Positions 1-12,830 of a stretch of DNA of 35,944 nt are shown here, piece after piece. The position numbers and the translations under genes were made by a program. The stretch spans positions 94,084,937 to 94,120,880 of the forward strand of contig NC_068982.1 of the NCBI RefSeq assembly GCF_001194135.2, in the 5' to 3' direction. The notes beneath the pieces are model-generated. The model was given only the letters and a program-made list of their open reading frames with translations, was not told the DNA's origin and searched no databases. Each line of letters starts with the position of its first letter. Positions within the stretch are counted from its first letter, which is position 1. This DNA is from Octopus bimaculoides. Lineage: Eukaryota.

Positions 1-192
1 TGGGAAATTTTTGTAATATTTTCTTTTTTTTGTACATACCCCAAACGTTTTCTCGATGCCTTTTCATCGTCATCCCCATTTTATTTTTTTATTTTTTTAC
101 TTTATTTTCGTCCCCATCGAAAAGAAAAACTCTACATTTGTATTTTGTCCCCTCTATGTTGAGCCCTGTGTGGCTAATAAAGAAACATATCA

Positions 193-307
<115 letters not shown>

Positions 308-816
308 AGTCTATGTTTACACAGAAATGTATTTGTGTTTCTATACCTCTGAGTGTTATATATTTTGATAGCAACACTTCATGAATATAAACTAGCAAGT
401 TTAATGTTATGTTTATGTAAAATCTCGAGACAAAAATCTGTTCCTAAAGGTAAATGACCTGACGCAAAGCAACAGTCTTGTTTATCTTCATCATTCTAAC
501 GTTTGTCTTTACTTCATTGATAATAGTTTTTCACCTCAGATGCAATCTTTATAACATGAACCCTTAACGTAGATTTAGCACTATAACTCAGACAGAAATG
601 ACGGGAATATAACAATATTTAGTCAATATGAGTCATAGTATTACACCTGTTATTACTATCATAACAAAAAGAACGCTGGCGACTAATTAGCTTTAACTGC
701 ACCCACTTCCCAAAGTATATCACAATACATAGAGCTACTTCCAAAAATACTGGATACAATGTCACTTTGGAAACCTTAGTTTTTTCAGCTACTAAGTGTG
801 AAGATGGCATTGCCTC

Positions 817-900
817 GTACATACATAATACATACATACATACATACATACATACCTACATACATACATACATGCATACATACATACATACATATATACA
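817..900. repeat. (TACA)n microsatellite, 5' flank of RLE-LINE fragment
   Basis: Imperfect TACA tandem run. Confidence 0.95.
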
Positions 901-1254
901 ACTCTTGTACCCTGACTATAAATTCTTATTTGTACCTATCTTCATAGGATCATTAAGCTATCTACCAACAAATTTGAACAAAATCTGGAAGCACTTGGGT
1001 TGACGGAAAAAGAGCAAACGAAACTGACGCGGATTCTTCAAATCCAATCTATTTGCGGCACAATGAATATTTGAAGACATGCCAGAAATTCTCCATCTGG
1101 GATTCTTATGTGAATACATGCACACACTTGGGTGTGTGCATCGACATTTCAACCAACACACCAACATCAGAAACTCTCTTAACTCAAAAGTCTTGTCGCT
1201 TTGTTAGTGACTGATTTGAACTGCCTAACTAAGAACTTAAACTCAAAGAAAAAT
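899..1254 (+). mobile_element. 5'-truncated 3' end of a restriction-like-endonuclease non-LTR retrotransposon (R4/Dong/NeSL/Hero-like)
   Basis: Across two frameshifts reads QLLYPDYKFLFVPIFIGSLSYLPTNLNK/NLEALGLTEKEQTKLTRILQIQSICGTMNI/KTCQKFSI. This matches the RLE C-terminal pattern PIxIGxLG...L..LG...LQ....GT.KI.KTF. It is followed by a ~150-bp UTR ending AAGAAAAAT then (CATA)n. Confidence 0.7.
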
Positions 1255-1300
1255 CATACATACATACGTACATACATACATAATACATGCATACATACAT
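1255..1300. repeat. (CATA)n microsatellite, 3' flank of RLE-LINE fragment
   Basis: catacatacatacgtacatacatacataatacatgcatacatacat. Confidence 0.9.
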
Positions 1301-1810
1301 AGAAGAGATGTAGGCTGCGCAAGACCAAGACCGATGATATAAACGACATTATTGCCAGCTATGAGAGAACGTCTTTCAAATCTTATCTTCTCATGAGAGG
1401 TCAGAACGGTGTGGAACAAGAAACGCATTCAGGTTCATATTTATTATTATTATAGCAACAGAATACATACCAACCCGTCTGGAGCAAAGTATAGCTGACT
1501 TGGGTTCTTGAGCAGAGAACACAAACCCTTAATTCATACGCTACAAATGATCACGATATCTGGCGCCATAAAAATATGCAAGACCTTAAGTTTTAAAGTA
1601 TGTTGAACAAAACAAGATGCTTTCCTTCACAACCTTGCTACCGAGTAAATGGCCGGGCAATATTTACTCTCAATAAAAAGGGAGAAAGAGAAGAACATTC
1701 ATACGTACATGTAAACATGCAGTCTTACATTCAAAACTACTAATATGAAGTCGAAAGGTCTACGAAAGAGCTTTGTTTCTTCCTTCATAAGAAATTTCTG
1801 AAATAAAACC

Positions 1811-2031
<221 letters not shown>

Positions 2032-2564
2032 ATACATACAATTGCTCCCCGCCAGTTAATACGGATCTAAGTTTGCACTATTTTCATCCTGTCTCAAGTT
2101 TTTTGTACTTTACTTACATGAAGTTGTATTAATATATTGTCTTCCATCATTCCTGTTTTGAGTTTTGATTCTTCTTCTGCGATAGTGAGGTAGACCACAT
2201 GCTAATATATCCATAATTTAGAATAATTTTGCATATTTTGCTGAATATAATCAAAAGTGAATAATGGAATTTAATATGCAAAACTGAAGACAGACAAGAA
2301 AATGAATTACTCTAGAACGGAAGTTAAAATATTAAACTTAACATCTAAATAGAAAGAATTCAACAGAATCTGCGAAATATTTTGCTATAAAAAAAACAGC
2401 TGTTAGATCAATTGAAAGAAAAAAAAAAAAAGAAAAATCAAAGTCAGTATAATCGAAATTTTTCCAAAAGTTCAAAATACGTATCATAAGTAAGGTTACA
2501 GAAGTAAATCCCTGGACATTACTGTTTGGAGTGTCAGTGGTGTGTCAGTGACCGACATCACAAC

Positions 2565-2738
2565 ACTTCCTCTGAACGGGACACCAGTTCGTGGCAGATT
2601 TACTCGTTTACGGTTGAGTGGGACTGGAGCAACGTGAAATGAAGTCTTTTACTGAAGAATACATCGCACTTTCGGTACAAGAATCGAAATCACAATCGCA
2701 AGATTGTGAGAGCAACACCCTATCCACTGGTCATTGCC
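2565..2738 (-). mobile_element. Degenerate tRNA-derived SINE
   Basis: Reverse complement has A-box-like CAGTGGATAG and B-box-like TTTCGATTC, then CTTCATTTCACGTTGCTCCAGTC and GAACTGGTGTCCCGTTCAG body motifs recalled from cephalopod SINEs. Confidence 0.65.
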
Positions 2739-2750
2739 TAGTTGCGCTGG

Positions 2751-3975
2751 GAAAAACCATTATGCTCTATACTTTGGATTAAAGATAAAATTCGAAAAAG
2801 ATTTCCCATAGAGAGCTTTACTATAAAATCAAAAAGACAAAACATCAAGAATCTTGATTGAAATCATCATAACAAATTTTACATCTAATCGATAAAAATC
2901 TGGATTTTCAGGCAGGATAGTGTAAAAATCGCAGCTTTCTACATAATATCGAACTGCATGGTGAATGTGGATCAAGTGTCGCAAAACAGCTAAAGAATCT
3001 GAAGAAGGTTCCAGTTCTTTGAACAGGTGTTTAATGTTGATGGAACTGATCTATTCTAGACAAAATGCGTAAGGAAACTTGTATCATGAACAGAAAACAA
3101 AAACAGAAAAATCAGTTAGTTGATTCAAAATATCTTAAGCTCAAACCGCATTATTACTATACTGCAATGCCCTAAGTGATTGTTTCTTGAAAGGAGTGAA
3201 TAAAAATATTCTCCCTGTTCATTGGCTTGCTAATAATAAATCATGGAAAATTGCTGCAATATTCAAAAATCATATTTTATCAAAACTTTGTTCCTGAAGC
3301 TGAAATTTGTATAAAAGAAAATTATATTGACTGTAAAATTGTATTATCAATTGATAACCCTCAGAATCATCCTTGTGATTTTGAAAACCTCATTGTAAAA
3401 GTTTTGTTCTCCCTACGCAAAACTGCGCCAATTATTTAACTTTTAGGTCAAGTTATAATTTGTAATTTTCTTCAGAAATTTTGTTAAACATTATACTGGA
3501 TGATATGTAAGAAAATTAGCTACTGTTTCAGAGGCTACCAAAAAACTGTTACAATTAATTCTGAGAAGATAATGGCCATGGTAATTCATAGGCATTTAGA
3601 AAGAAAAACAACAACCTTAAATGCACGATGGTAGGGCGTTTTGCCTGGATTAGTTCTAAATGGTAGTGATGTCGAAACAAGAAAAAGCCTAACCATATAT
3701 AATTAATATCGTCCCTTCAAGAAATGGCGAAAAATTAGATTTAGTTGTCAAAATAATGAAGATTTCGTTGATATGGTAGTGTAACTGTATATAACGAAAG
3801 CGTTTCCTGTTGGTGAACAAAACTTTATTACTGCAAAAATTGTTAAGAAACACAGACAATTGTAAAATGCTTGGAAAGTGATTTCATTAAGGATTATCCT
3901 AATATGGAACACAGATTGAAATTTCAAGGTGAAACATGGCACTCTGTAGCGATATTCAAAAGATATGATAATGTT
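2751..3975 (+). mobile_element. pogo/Tigger (CENP-B-type DDE) transposase remnant
   Basis: Fragments in order: EKPLCSILWIKDKIRKRFP (CENP-B HTH), LHNIELHGE, EQVFNVDGTDLF (QVFNxDETGLFW), FVPEAE...KIVLSIDNPQNHP...VLFSLRKTAPII (LLDNAPGHP...FLPPNTTSLIQP), DYPNMEHRLKF. Many stops and frameshifts. Confidence 0.85.
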
Positions 3976-4099
3976 ACGCAGATTAAATTTTAAAACTTCA
4001 TGTGATGGCCGGTTATACTGATCGTAGAAAAAGAGAAAGGGCAATAAATAGTAATGATAATGCTGATTGTTTTTAATCTACCAAAACAAAACATATGTT

Positions 4100-4211
4100 C
4101 ACACACACACACACACACAGATGCAGATACACACACACACACACACACACAGATGCAGACACACACACAGACACAGATGCAGATACACACACATACACAC
4201 ATACACACACA
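4100..4211. repeat. Compound (CA)n with interspersed CAGATGCAGA units
   Basis: Direct reading. Confidence 0.9.
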
Positions 4212-4248
4212 TATATAACAAGAGTCAATATGATAAATATTACTTAAA

Positions 4249-4458
4249 GTGGTGAGCTGGAATTATCGTTAGTGCGCCGGGTGAAATGCATAGCGTTATT
4301 CCGCCTGTCTTTACTTTCTGATTTTCAATTACACCGAGGTCGATTTTGCCTTCATACTTTTGGGATCGATAAACTACGTAGAAGTTCAGCACTGAGATCG
4401 ATATAATCGACTTACCCTTCCGCCGGAACTGCTGGCCCTCTGCCAACATTTGAAATCA
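4249..4458 (+). mobile_element. Octopus-type tRNA-derived SINE, family A (CORE/MIR-like)
   Basis: GTGGTGAGCTGG...AATTATCGTTAG...GAGGTCGATTTTGCCTTCAT...GATATAATCGACT; same family as the copies at 25150-25344 and 29568-30577. Confidence 0.8.
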
Positions 4459-4504
4459 GTATGATAAACATTGCAAACAAACTACAGTTATAAAATTGCC
4501 ACGT

Positions 4505-4660
4505 GTTACTCATTTTGTGGTTTCACTAAGAGACTACGGCCATGCCAGGTTATCACCTTTGTGATTTTAGTCAATGATTTTGGCTTCAGAACTTACTTCA
4601 ATCCGGGATCTATTTTATCGTCTCTATTTGTCAAACCGTCAGTTTACAGGACACAGTAAT
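4505..4660 (-). mobile_element. Degenerate 3' half of SINE family B
   Basis: Reverse-complement similarity to 8960-9120 (GGCCATGC, TCTCTATTTG.CAAACCG..AGTTTAC.GGAC). Confidence 0.5.
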
Positions 4661-4739
4661 ACAATATAAACAGCAACGGGTCTTATTTCCAGTAGAAACA
4701 CAAATTTACTTTTGCAATCCTAGCGTGCATAAACAGTGG

Positions 4740-5342
4740 TTAAGCAAGAGTCAGTTTTTGGAACTTGTCTCCAAATATGGGCGTTCGAATACAAGGTGAT
4801 GCTCTGTGTCTGGGGGAATTATGGAGGAGATGATTAACTACGAGTTCATTCTTGGTGGTCGAACTATCGATGCAAACGTGTACCACGAACAACTGAAACC
4901 GATGTATGCCGTTGTGCAACAAAAATTCCCGTTGCTGGTTAACAGAAAGCAAGCTCTTCTGTAGGAAACCAACTTAAGTTGCTCGAACAACCCGGAATAA
5001 ACTCCAGGAACTTGAGGGAATCGAACTGATGCCACACCCAGTATATAGTCTAAACCTAGTTCCCTCGGATTATAACTTGTTCATATCCCATGGTTCGCTT
5101 CCTGCGCTCATGAAGCTTCATCAACCAAGATGTGGAAGCTTCACTGAAAGATTTCTCTACCTCAAAGGACAAGAACTAGCATTAGCGTTGGATCAAAGAC
5201 CTGGCAGAAAGGTGACTTCAGACGGAGCAACACGAAGGCCTCTACTTTGAATGCTAGATTGCTTTTGTTGTAAGTTGACGAATAAAGCAAATAAGTTAGC
5301 AAAGTTAACAAAATATTGCAAAACTTTTGATTCAACTCAATA
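4740..5342 (+). mobile_element. 5'-truncated mariner (DD34D-type) transposon with 3' TIR
   Basis: KVMLCVWG, TIDANVYHEQL, MPHPVYSLNLVPSDYNLF (HPPYSPDLAPSDYHLF), GLYFE*; ends AAACTTTTGATTCAACTCAA-TA, a mariner-like TIR plus TA. Confidence 0.88.
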
Positions 5343-5539
5343 TCATTAAAATAACTGTCTCGATATACATGATTTCGACTTACAAGATCGCTCGATGAAG
5401 CAATCTACCGTATAATTCAAGGGTAAGTCTATGTGCGCGCACGTGTAACTGTGTGTGTACACACGCACACATACACACGCATATAGTGGGAGACAGAAAA
5501 AAGAGTAAATAGAAAGATAGATAAACATATAGAGATAAA

Positions 5540-5645
5540 TATGTGTTTGTGTGCGTGCGCCTGTGTGTGTGAATGTGTGTGTGTGCCTTTGTGTGTGCGT
5601 GTGTGTGTGTGTCAGAGCGTGTGTACGTGCGTGTATTTGTGTGTG
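5540..5645. repeat. Degenerate (TG)n
   Basis: Direct reading. Confidence 0.9.
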
Positions 5646-6074
5646 AACTTCAGGCTGCTGTCAATTCCAAAACACACTCCACATATCCTTATATTTTTAC
5701 ACGTAAGTATACAATATTGTAATAATTTCTGGAAAGTTCGCATAGAGAGAAGAAACACTGTCTTTACACATAAACGAAAGCATATATTTGAAATACACAT
5801 AAAAACAAGAGAACACATATCTTTAAAAGGTGGTTATCGGATGTAGAATGTCTTAAAATATTGTATGCAAGTCATTTCTTAGATTTAAACGTCTAACAAA
5901 GTTATAGCCTAGTGGCTTTAAGACTAAACAATGGAAATATGCCATTTAGCGAGAAAGACGCACATGCAAATATTGATATAAGACATGTGAGGTTATGCAA
6001 TCCACATGATTTCGGCTTCAAATCTGTTGCGCGGCATCTTGGACAAGTAAACCACGGAATAGTAAATATGTTTT

Positions 6075-6121
6075 GCGTATGTATGTATGTATGTATGTGT
6101 GTTTATGAGCATGTGTGTGTA

Positions 6122-6158
<37 letters not shown>
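6075..6158. repeat. (TATG)n/(TG)n compound microsatellite
   Basis: Direct reading. Confidence 0.9.
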
Positions 6159-6160
<2 letters not shown>

Positions 6161-6444
6161 CGTTCAGAGCAGCGTATCAATAAATACATATAAGCATCAA
6201 CCGTGGGACAATTGAAAACAGTCTTAATAAAGAATTAATAAATATTGAACAGTACCAATGAAAAGATAACCATGCAGTACTTAAGTCAGTTACTTGTCAG
6301 AAATGGCAACCAAATTTCCTATATCTTTAAAAAGATGGTTCTACTGATAATGTAGCCTGTAAGAAAAAATGATCTGGAACGAATACATTACATAACCGCG
6401 ATAAGAGAAACAGTCTTCCTACTTTAGATAATTTTGTATAAATT

Positions 6445-6475
<31 letters not shown>

Positions 6476-8559
6476 AAGCGTTATAAGTGTTACATGATTT
6501 ACTGTAGCAAAATAACATCCTGTTTTAGTATCTATGGTGACAGACGGTACATGCACTCATAGTCCTTGAACAATGGTCATCATGTGAAGTGGAATGCAAC
6601 TCTTATTTTTCACTGCTTTGGCTACAGGAGGAAAGTGAATACGTCTGGCGTTGAACTGACTTTATAGTATTTTGACTAAGCCCATAAAAATAACTATCTC
6701 CTTGAAACATTTTCATAGATAACCTGAAATATATGTTGAGGATGACCATTTGAAATCAGCGAGACACATTACAAAAAAAAAAAAAAAACCCAGAAAAAAA
6801 GAAAATGGAAATGAATAAAAAAAAAAATGAATAAAATCCCCAAATCAAACAAAAACTCCAAATGGTTTACAAACAATGCTTTCAGCCAGTGAAATAAAGG
6901 AGAAATTGAACAGGCTATCATTAAACAAAATCAGAAAGAGCAACGGAAAAATTGATTTTATCACAAACACGATCATAAAAACTCTTTCAAGATAATTGTT
7001 AGAATTAACAGCTTCTTTGAAAATATCGAAGGTGATAATTTTATTATATTGGATAATTAGTAGGTCGTAACATTCGCGTGAGATGCAACTAATGATCCAA
7101 ATAGGAGTAAAATTCCTAAATCCTAAAGTGAGCTTATTCGAAAATACCAGACATGGAAAATAGAAGGGTATAATATAACCTTAGAATCTACAAATTCATA
7201 CCGTGTAATAAGAGGTTTTAAAGACAATTGAAAAGAACTTGATCAAAAAGAGAGACTGAAAATTCTATACACAGATCAGCATGATGGTTTTCTGAGCTCT
7301 ACAAAAACTGAAAATTAACTGTAATTTCATATTTTATTGCTTGCTATTTCACTAAACTAGAATTTATTTATAGCTTCGGCAAGAGCAAAGATACCATTAA
7401 ATTTTATAGATATGCCGGTATTGAAAGACATCCATAGAAATATTGAAATCTCAGCTCCTTTTTGTATAGAACCATAGATGAACCACAATAATTCATCTTT
7501 TCCATTAACTGTCAACAAAAACTAATCATGGATTTCTTGCCGACCATTGGAAATGCCGATCGTAACCCTTGGTTTACATTTGACCTCAGAATACATTGTA
7601 GCCAACTGACCAAATTCCACTCTTGTGATTTTCACTCATCACATATGCAAACCTGAATTTACTTTCTAAAATTACCCTATTGATTTTTCTTTTATACATT
7701 TACTTCGTGAAAATCGTTTACCGACAAAATTATTCAACTAGACATTCGATTTACTTATTGTTGCTAATACCTCACCGATGTTCTGGATAAAGTTAAGTCT
7801 TTTTAAATAATTATTTAGTGAAAGGGAAGGAAGTAACATCACGATCTTTCTAGGTTCTACTAGTTTGACGAGATTGATGTCGTAGAATAAAGTCAGCCAT
7901 TCTCATTCCTAATATGAGCAACGACGATGATGACTCAATAAGTCTAGTTTTAGGACTAAGAAATAGTTTAAAGATAATTTAAACGGGATACTGAGGAAGG
8001 CAGGAGCGAATTCAAGATGACAAGCAATTTAACTACAAAACTCGCAAATGTGAGGGAAGAATGTGATAAAACCATTTGTGTACATCCAAAGATCTTAGTT
8101 AAAAAAAGATGTAGTCAGATAGCTGCAACCCAAATGTAGTCAAATAGCTGCAACCAGCTGAAAGTTTCGGAGAAAATGCGCTTGGAAGGATGAGAAAAAG
8201 ACACTATTCGAGTAACTGAAAAATATAAATTGTTGATTAGATAAGAGAGATGGATGATAGGGTAAGTGGTTACTAGATAAAATCAGCCCCCATATTTTAT
8301 AAACTAGAATATTGAGTTTCTGTTCGGAAAAAGTAGAAATATATTAGAGATAGAGGATAACAGAAATATGGCGCACAAAATAAGAAGATATGGTGTGGTG
8401 TGTGTCTGTGTGTGAGTGTGCGTGTGTCTGTGTGTGAGTGTGCGTGTGTCTGTGTGTGGGTGTGATGTGCTTAGTCAGAAATGGTATAAGAGTTGCACCA
8501 ACGTCCATAGATATTTGTAGAAAATGAGAGAGAATTGCGAGGTGGTTTTAGTCTCACTT

Positions 8560-8864
8560 AGGCGTAGGAGTGGCTGTGTGGTAAGTAGCTTGCTTACCAA
8601 CCACATGGTTCGGGGTTCAGTCCCACTGCGTGGCACCTTGGGCAAGTGTCTTCTACTATGCCTTCGGGCCGACCAAAGCCTTGTGAGTGGATTTGGTAGA
8701 CGGAAACTGAAAGAAGCCCGTCGTATATATATATATATATATATATNNNNNNNNNNNNNNNNNNNNNNNNNNNNNNNNNNNNNNNNNNNNNNNNNNNNNN
8801 NNNNNNNNNNNNNNNNNNNNNNNNNNNNNNNNNNNNNNNNNNNNNNNNNNNNNNNNNNNNNNNN

Positions 8865-8917
<53 letters not shown>

Positions 8918-9132
8918 TTGTGTGTCTGTGTTTGTCCCCCAACATCGCTTGACAACCTATGCTGGTGCGTTTACGTCCCCGTAACTTAGCGGTTCGGCAA
9001 AGAGACCGATAGAATAAGTACTAGGCTTACAAAGAATGAGTCTTGGGATCGATTTGCTCGACTAAAGGCAGTGCTCCAGCATGGCCACAGTAAAATGACT
9101 GAAACAAGTAAGAGAGTAAAAGAGTAAGAGTA
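8560..9132 (+). mobile_element. Full-length composite octopus-type SINE, family B (tRNA-like head, internal (TA)n/(TG)n, 3' body, GAGTA-type tail)
   Basis: Head AGGAGTGGCTGTGTGGTAAG (A box) and GGTTCAGTCCC (B-box-like); GGATTTGGTAGACGGAAACTGAAAGAAGCCCGTCG then (TA)n/gap/(TG)n; 3' body TTTACGTCCCCGTAACTTAGCGGTTCGGCAAAAGAGACCGATAG; tail AAGAGAGTAAAAGAGTAAGAGTA. Confidence 0.88.
8747..8864. other. Assembly gap
   Basis: N run. Confidence 1.
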
Positions 9133-10429
9133 TTCGTTTGAAACAGCTTTGTGAAGAATACGAATATTTGGTGAAAGTGTAAAAATAAAGATCATTCTTA
9201 TTTTAAAGCTAACATTGATCGTTACGGCGTTAGTATAAGTTAGCGTCCTCAGAGAGACTCCAGAAATGTGGTTTGGTGAACATAACAGAGGTAAAAAAGG
9301 ATATAGAATTATGTAGCACTTCAGAAAGCTGTAATCGGAGCACAACTTTGAGTTTAGATCATCTCAAATTCTGGTTGTTGCTCTTCCCGATGAATCCATT
9401 TCCGTCGAAACGCTGCAATACTCAGCACGAAATGCAAAGGAATGTAAAGGTGGAAGTAACATGTTGGGAAATGTATTATCCTTAAATTGGTAGCTTTACC
9501 TAGACATTTGTAATAAAGTTAACTCAACTACAGTTGCTCAAGAACGAGAGAATGACACTTATCAGGTTGGCCCTGAAGGTTTTGTCCCTAGCTGGACTGT
9601 GTTTTGTCGTACTGCCAGAATTAGAGACATTGTTTCTTTATTTCAGAATAAGTATGCCTGATAAAAAAAAAGGCCATTCCCGTAATGGACGATTTTCATT
9701 GTCACCGATAAAATGAACAAGAGAAAATGAATTAAAGAAAATATGATGCCTCCTGTCGCTATTTCTGCTGATAACTGGAGTATGAACCAGTATGAGGACT
9801 TTCTGTTGCTCGATATAATGTCTAGTCTTGACACGTCTATTTACGAACACACACACACACATACACATACACATAAATTATTCATACACAAACAAAACAG
9901 AACCACACAAACATCATTCTTTCATACATAGATGTACATTATATGTCAAACATTTTGAACTAACAGAAATCAAAAACTGAAGTAAGAAATGCACCTTCGA
10001 ATTAAGTTGATATCGTGTTCACTTTACATTCACTATAATGAAATTAACTGGAGAAAATAGAGATATTTGGAAAGCTAAAATAAAAAAAGGTGAACGTCAT
10101 TCATAATTTCAGTTTTTAAATAAAATTAATGGCATACAAAACTTCAAAAACTAAAAAAACATTGTAATAGTTTATGATGAATTGAATATGATTTTAGTTA
10201 AACAGGTTATTAAAAATGACACTGCAGCTAAGACAACATGTTATTAGAATATCCACTATGGAAAAATAAAACAGCCGTGTTATATTCACTCACACACACG
10301 CACCCACACATACACATACACACACATACGTTCTCACATTCACACAAACATATACACGCAAATGTATTCAGAAGACATTAAATGGTTTGTAATAACAAAA
10401 TCGGAAATGTAGATGGTCATTATTGCCAG

Positions 10430-10820
10430 AGTAAATTTATGGGTATCAGATTCTGATTACACAAATTAATCCAGCCCGTAAAATATTAAATAAACAATTC
10501 CTCGATCACAAACTGTGATACTAAGTTATTATTTAACATAATTTCATATTGTGCAGACAATGGGAAATGATTAAAAAAGAGAGGAATGTTCCATAAGATA
10601 AGTTGTTAAGGCATCATATTGAGAATAGGAAATTGGAGTACCGATCTCCCTTAGAGAATCATTGCCCGGTTCACTGAACGTCTAATAATGATAGGATATA
10701 GCCATTATGGAATATCAGAACAATTAGCAGGACAAAAGAAGGTTCTAATAGAGTTTGTATTTTTTTTAGCGTAATTACCTTCTGCGGATGAAACAGTTTC
10801 ACCGCATTATACTTCATAGA
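10430..10820 (+). mobile_element. Very old LINE (CR1/L2/Jockey-like) RT relic, copy 1
   Basis: Homologous to 13883-14285. Frameshifted peptides KLIQP, NVP*DKLL and RIIARFTER resemble RT motifs QLLEH, KVPHxKLL and WIxAFLTxR. Confidence 0.45.
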
Positions 10821-11249
10821 AATTTTGTTTTGAACAAAAGTTACTTAGTGAGCGAGTCACAAGCGACATAGATTATTCCCTAAGCTGCATCTTCCATAAA
10901 CACATACACCTTATTCTTTTCTTTTCCTATAATTATTTTCTGCCTTTTCGCTTTCCATTTTCTCAAAGAACAGTGTCCGAGAAGCAGGATACCTTTTCCT
11001 TTCCTTTACTGTGTAATATACTGACTTTGGGCTGTTCTTTGGTTTTTCTATTTCGTTTTAGTTTCTTCTTTGCCTTTGCTCATACTTTGTCTTCTGGATA
11101 TATGCATATTAACTTACGCATGGCATGATCGAATCTGAGACAGTTACAACCAAATTCAGTTGTATTGTCATTATCTAAGCTTTGACTTTACGTCCTTTGT
11201 TTATTGTAATATTTTCTTGGTATAATGGTAATAACAATAAATACTTCGT

Positions 11250-11418
11250 TTGAGTAAGCTTAAGATCTTAGCAGTTAGGCCAAAAAGATCGAAAGAGTAA
11301 GTACCACACTTAAAAAGAAAAGAATTTTAGTAACTGGGTCATTTTTCTTTTCATCTAAAACCCTTCTGGTGTGCTCCAGCATGTCCAACAATGGAAGCAA
11401 GTAAAATATAAAAGATAC
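11250..11418 (+). mobile_element. Degenerate 3' half of SINE family B
   Basis: TTAGCAGTTAGGCCAAAAAGATCGAAAGAGTAAGTACC...GTGCTCCAGCATG...AAGTAAAATATAAAAGATA parallels 8985-9130. Confidence 0.6.
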
Positions 11419-11928
11419 CATCCTTCACCATTTAGTACATTAATTAATGCTGCCCGGTCGCCAAAATTTTAAGAATTAATAATATTTTGAAAAAGAATTT
11501 CTCATCTTTAAAAATGCTATGTCCAGTAGATGCGCGTAGTTACGACTTCTGTCTCACGGCTTACTTTCTGCAGATAGATGATCGATGACTCCCTCTCTTT
11601 TAAAGGTTAACCGGAAAGCAATTATAAATTTGCAACGTTCAGGTTTCTCTTTTTAGATATTATTTAAGTAAAATTTCTTCATTTGATAGATGAAACCAGA
11701 CAACATCTCGCTAATAACATTCCTTATATGGCCTATATAATCTTATTTTTGTTTATTGGCTTCTGTTATTGGATTAGACCGTAGTTATATGGATATGCCG
11801 CTTTCAAGGATCTCTTGTATGATAAAATTTATCTCACTAATTGTCTGTTGATTATTTTATTTGCATCACAGCGGTGCTCTCTTAAGCTATGGAAACACTG
11901 GGTAGCTGTGTTTGTGTGTGTGTGTGAG

Positions 11929-12473
11929 CGAAATTTTTTTCATACGAGAGTTCCGGAAACTAGTTATGAACTCATTTGCATACAGCCAATCAGAGCTCAA
12001 CTATTAAACTAATTTGTGAGCGCATAACAAGTGATGGGCGATAAGATCACTTGGATAAGGATTGATCATGCTTCTTTTCTCTTTAAATAATGCTTCTTGT
12101 TCTTGTCTTTGTTTCAACCATGGCTGCCTCTGCGTAGTTATTTGTGCTGCTGTTTATTTTATAAAACAGCAAGGGGAGAGGGTTGCTAGCACATCACCCT
12201 CTACCCACTTTTTTCCCAGCCACATCTTTACCACATGGAAACCTAACAAAATTCGATAATAGGTATAGATGCAAATCTACCTAAATACTTGTCTCCTTCT
12301 AAAATCAGGCATAACTTGGCGATCGGTCGACTTACAACACCGTTCTTCGTCTTGAGTTTACTTTGTAGGATGTGTTTGTTAACTTGACAGCAAGATCAGG
12401 GTAAGCTCTGATTGGCTGTATGCAGATGAGTTCATTACTGGGATCCGGAACTCTCGTGAGAACAAAAATTTCG
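11929..12473. mobile_element. Fold-back / MITE-like unit with ~70-bp inverted arms
   Basis: Arm 11929-11997 is the reverse complement of 12404-12473 (shared ACGAGAGTTCCGGA...ATGAACTCAT(T/C)TGCATACAGCCAATCAGAGCT). Confidence 0.6.
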
Positions 12474-12690
12474 TGTCCGGGGTCCCCACAATGAAAGAAG
12501 TCTACTGGTAATCTATGTATATTGTGGTTGCATATATAATGTAATGCATACCTCGCAAGGCTATAATCCTGTTAAAACAGTCTTACCTTTTAGGGTACAA
12601 GGGCAAAGTCAATCAGGAAGTAAAAGGATATAAATACTGCAAGATACCAAATGATCTTTTTCGTCGAATCAATTTTGTTCAGACATCTCT

Positions 12691-12696
<6 letters not shown>

Positions 12697-12773
<77 letters not shown>

Positions 12774-12830
12774 GACACACACACAGACATACACACAGAG
12801 ACACACAGACACACACACACACACACACAC
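12697..12830. repeat. (TC)n(AC)n compound microsatellite
   Basis: Direct reading. Confidence 0.95.

Noticed and set aside
2445-4020. Candidate pogo TIRs CAGTATAATCG (2445) and rc CAGTATAACCG (~4010-4020)
   Set aside because: Only an 11-bp match with no TA target duplication, so the element ends cannot be fixed.
8109-8155. Two 22-bp units ATGTAGTCA(G/A)ATAGCTGCAACC separated by 3 bp; also ACTTGTCTCTAGGC twice near 34017-34060
   Set aside because: Simple two-copy duplications with no spacers; not CRISPR-like, and the DNA is eukaryotic.
10584-10720. Apparent codon-like conservation with shared TAA/TAG between the two relics, hinting at a tandem-gene exon or a non-standard code
   Set aside because: Synonymous-looking changes appear in several frames, and every frame examined has stops; decayed RT explains it better.
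11570-11642. Possible small exon between TTTCTGCAG and CAG/GT
   Set aside because: Splice-like motifs alone, with no recognisable peptide or partner exons.
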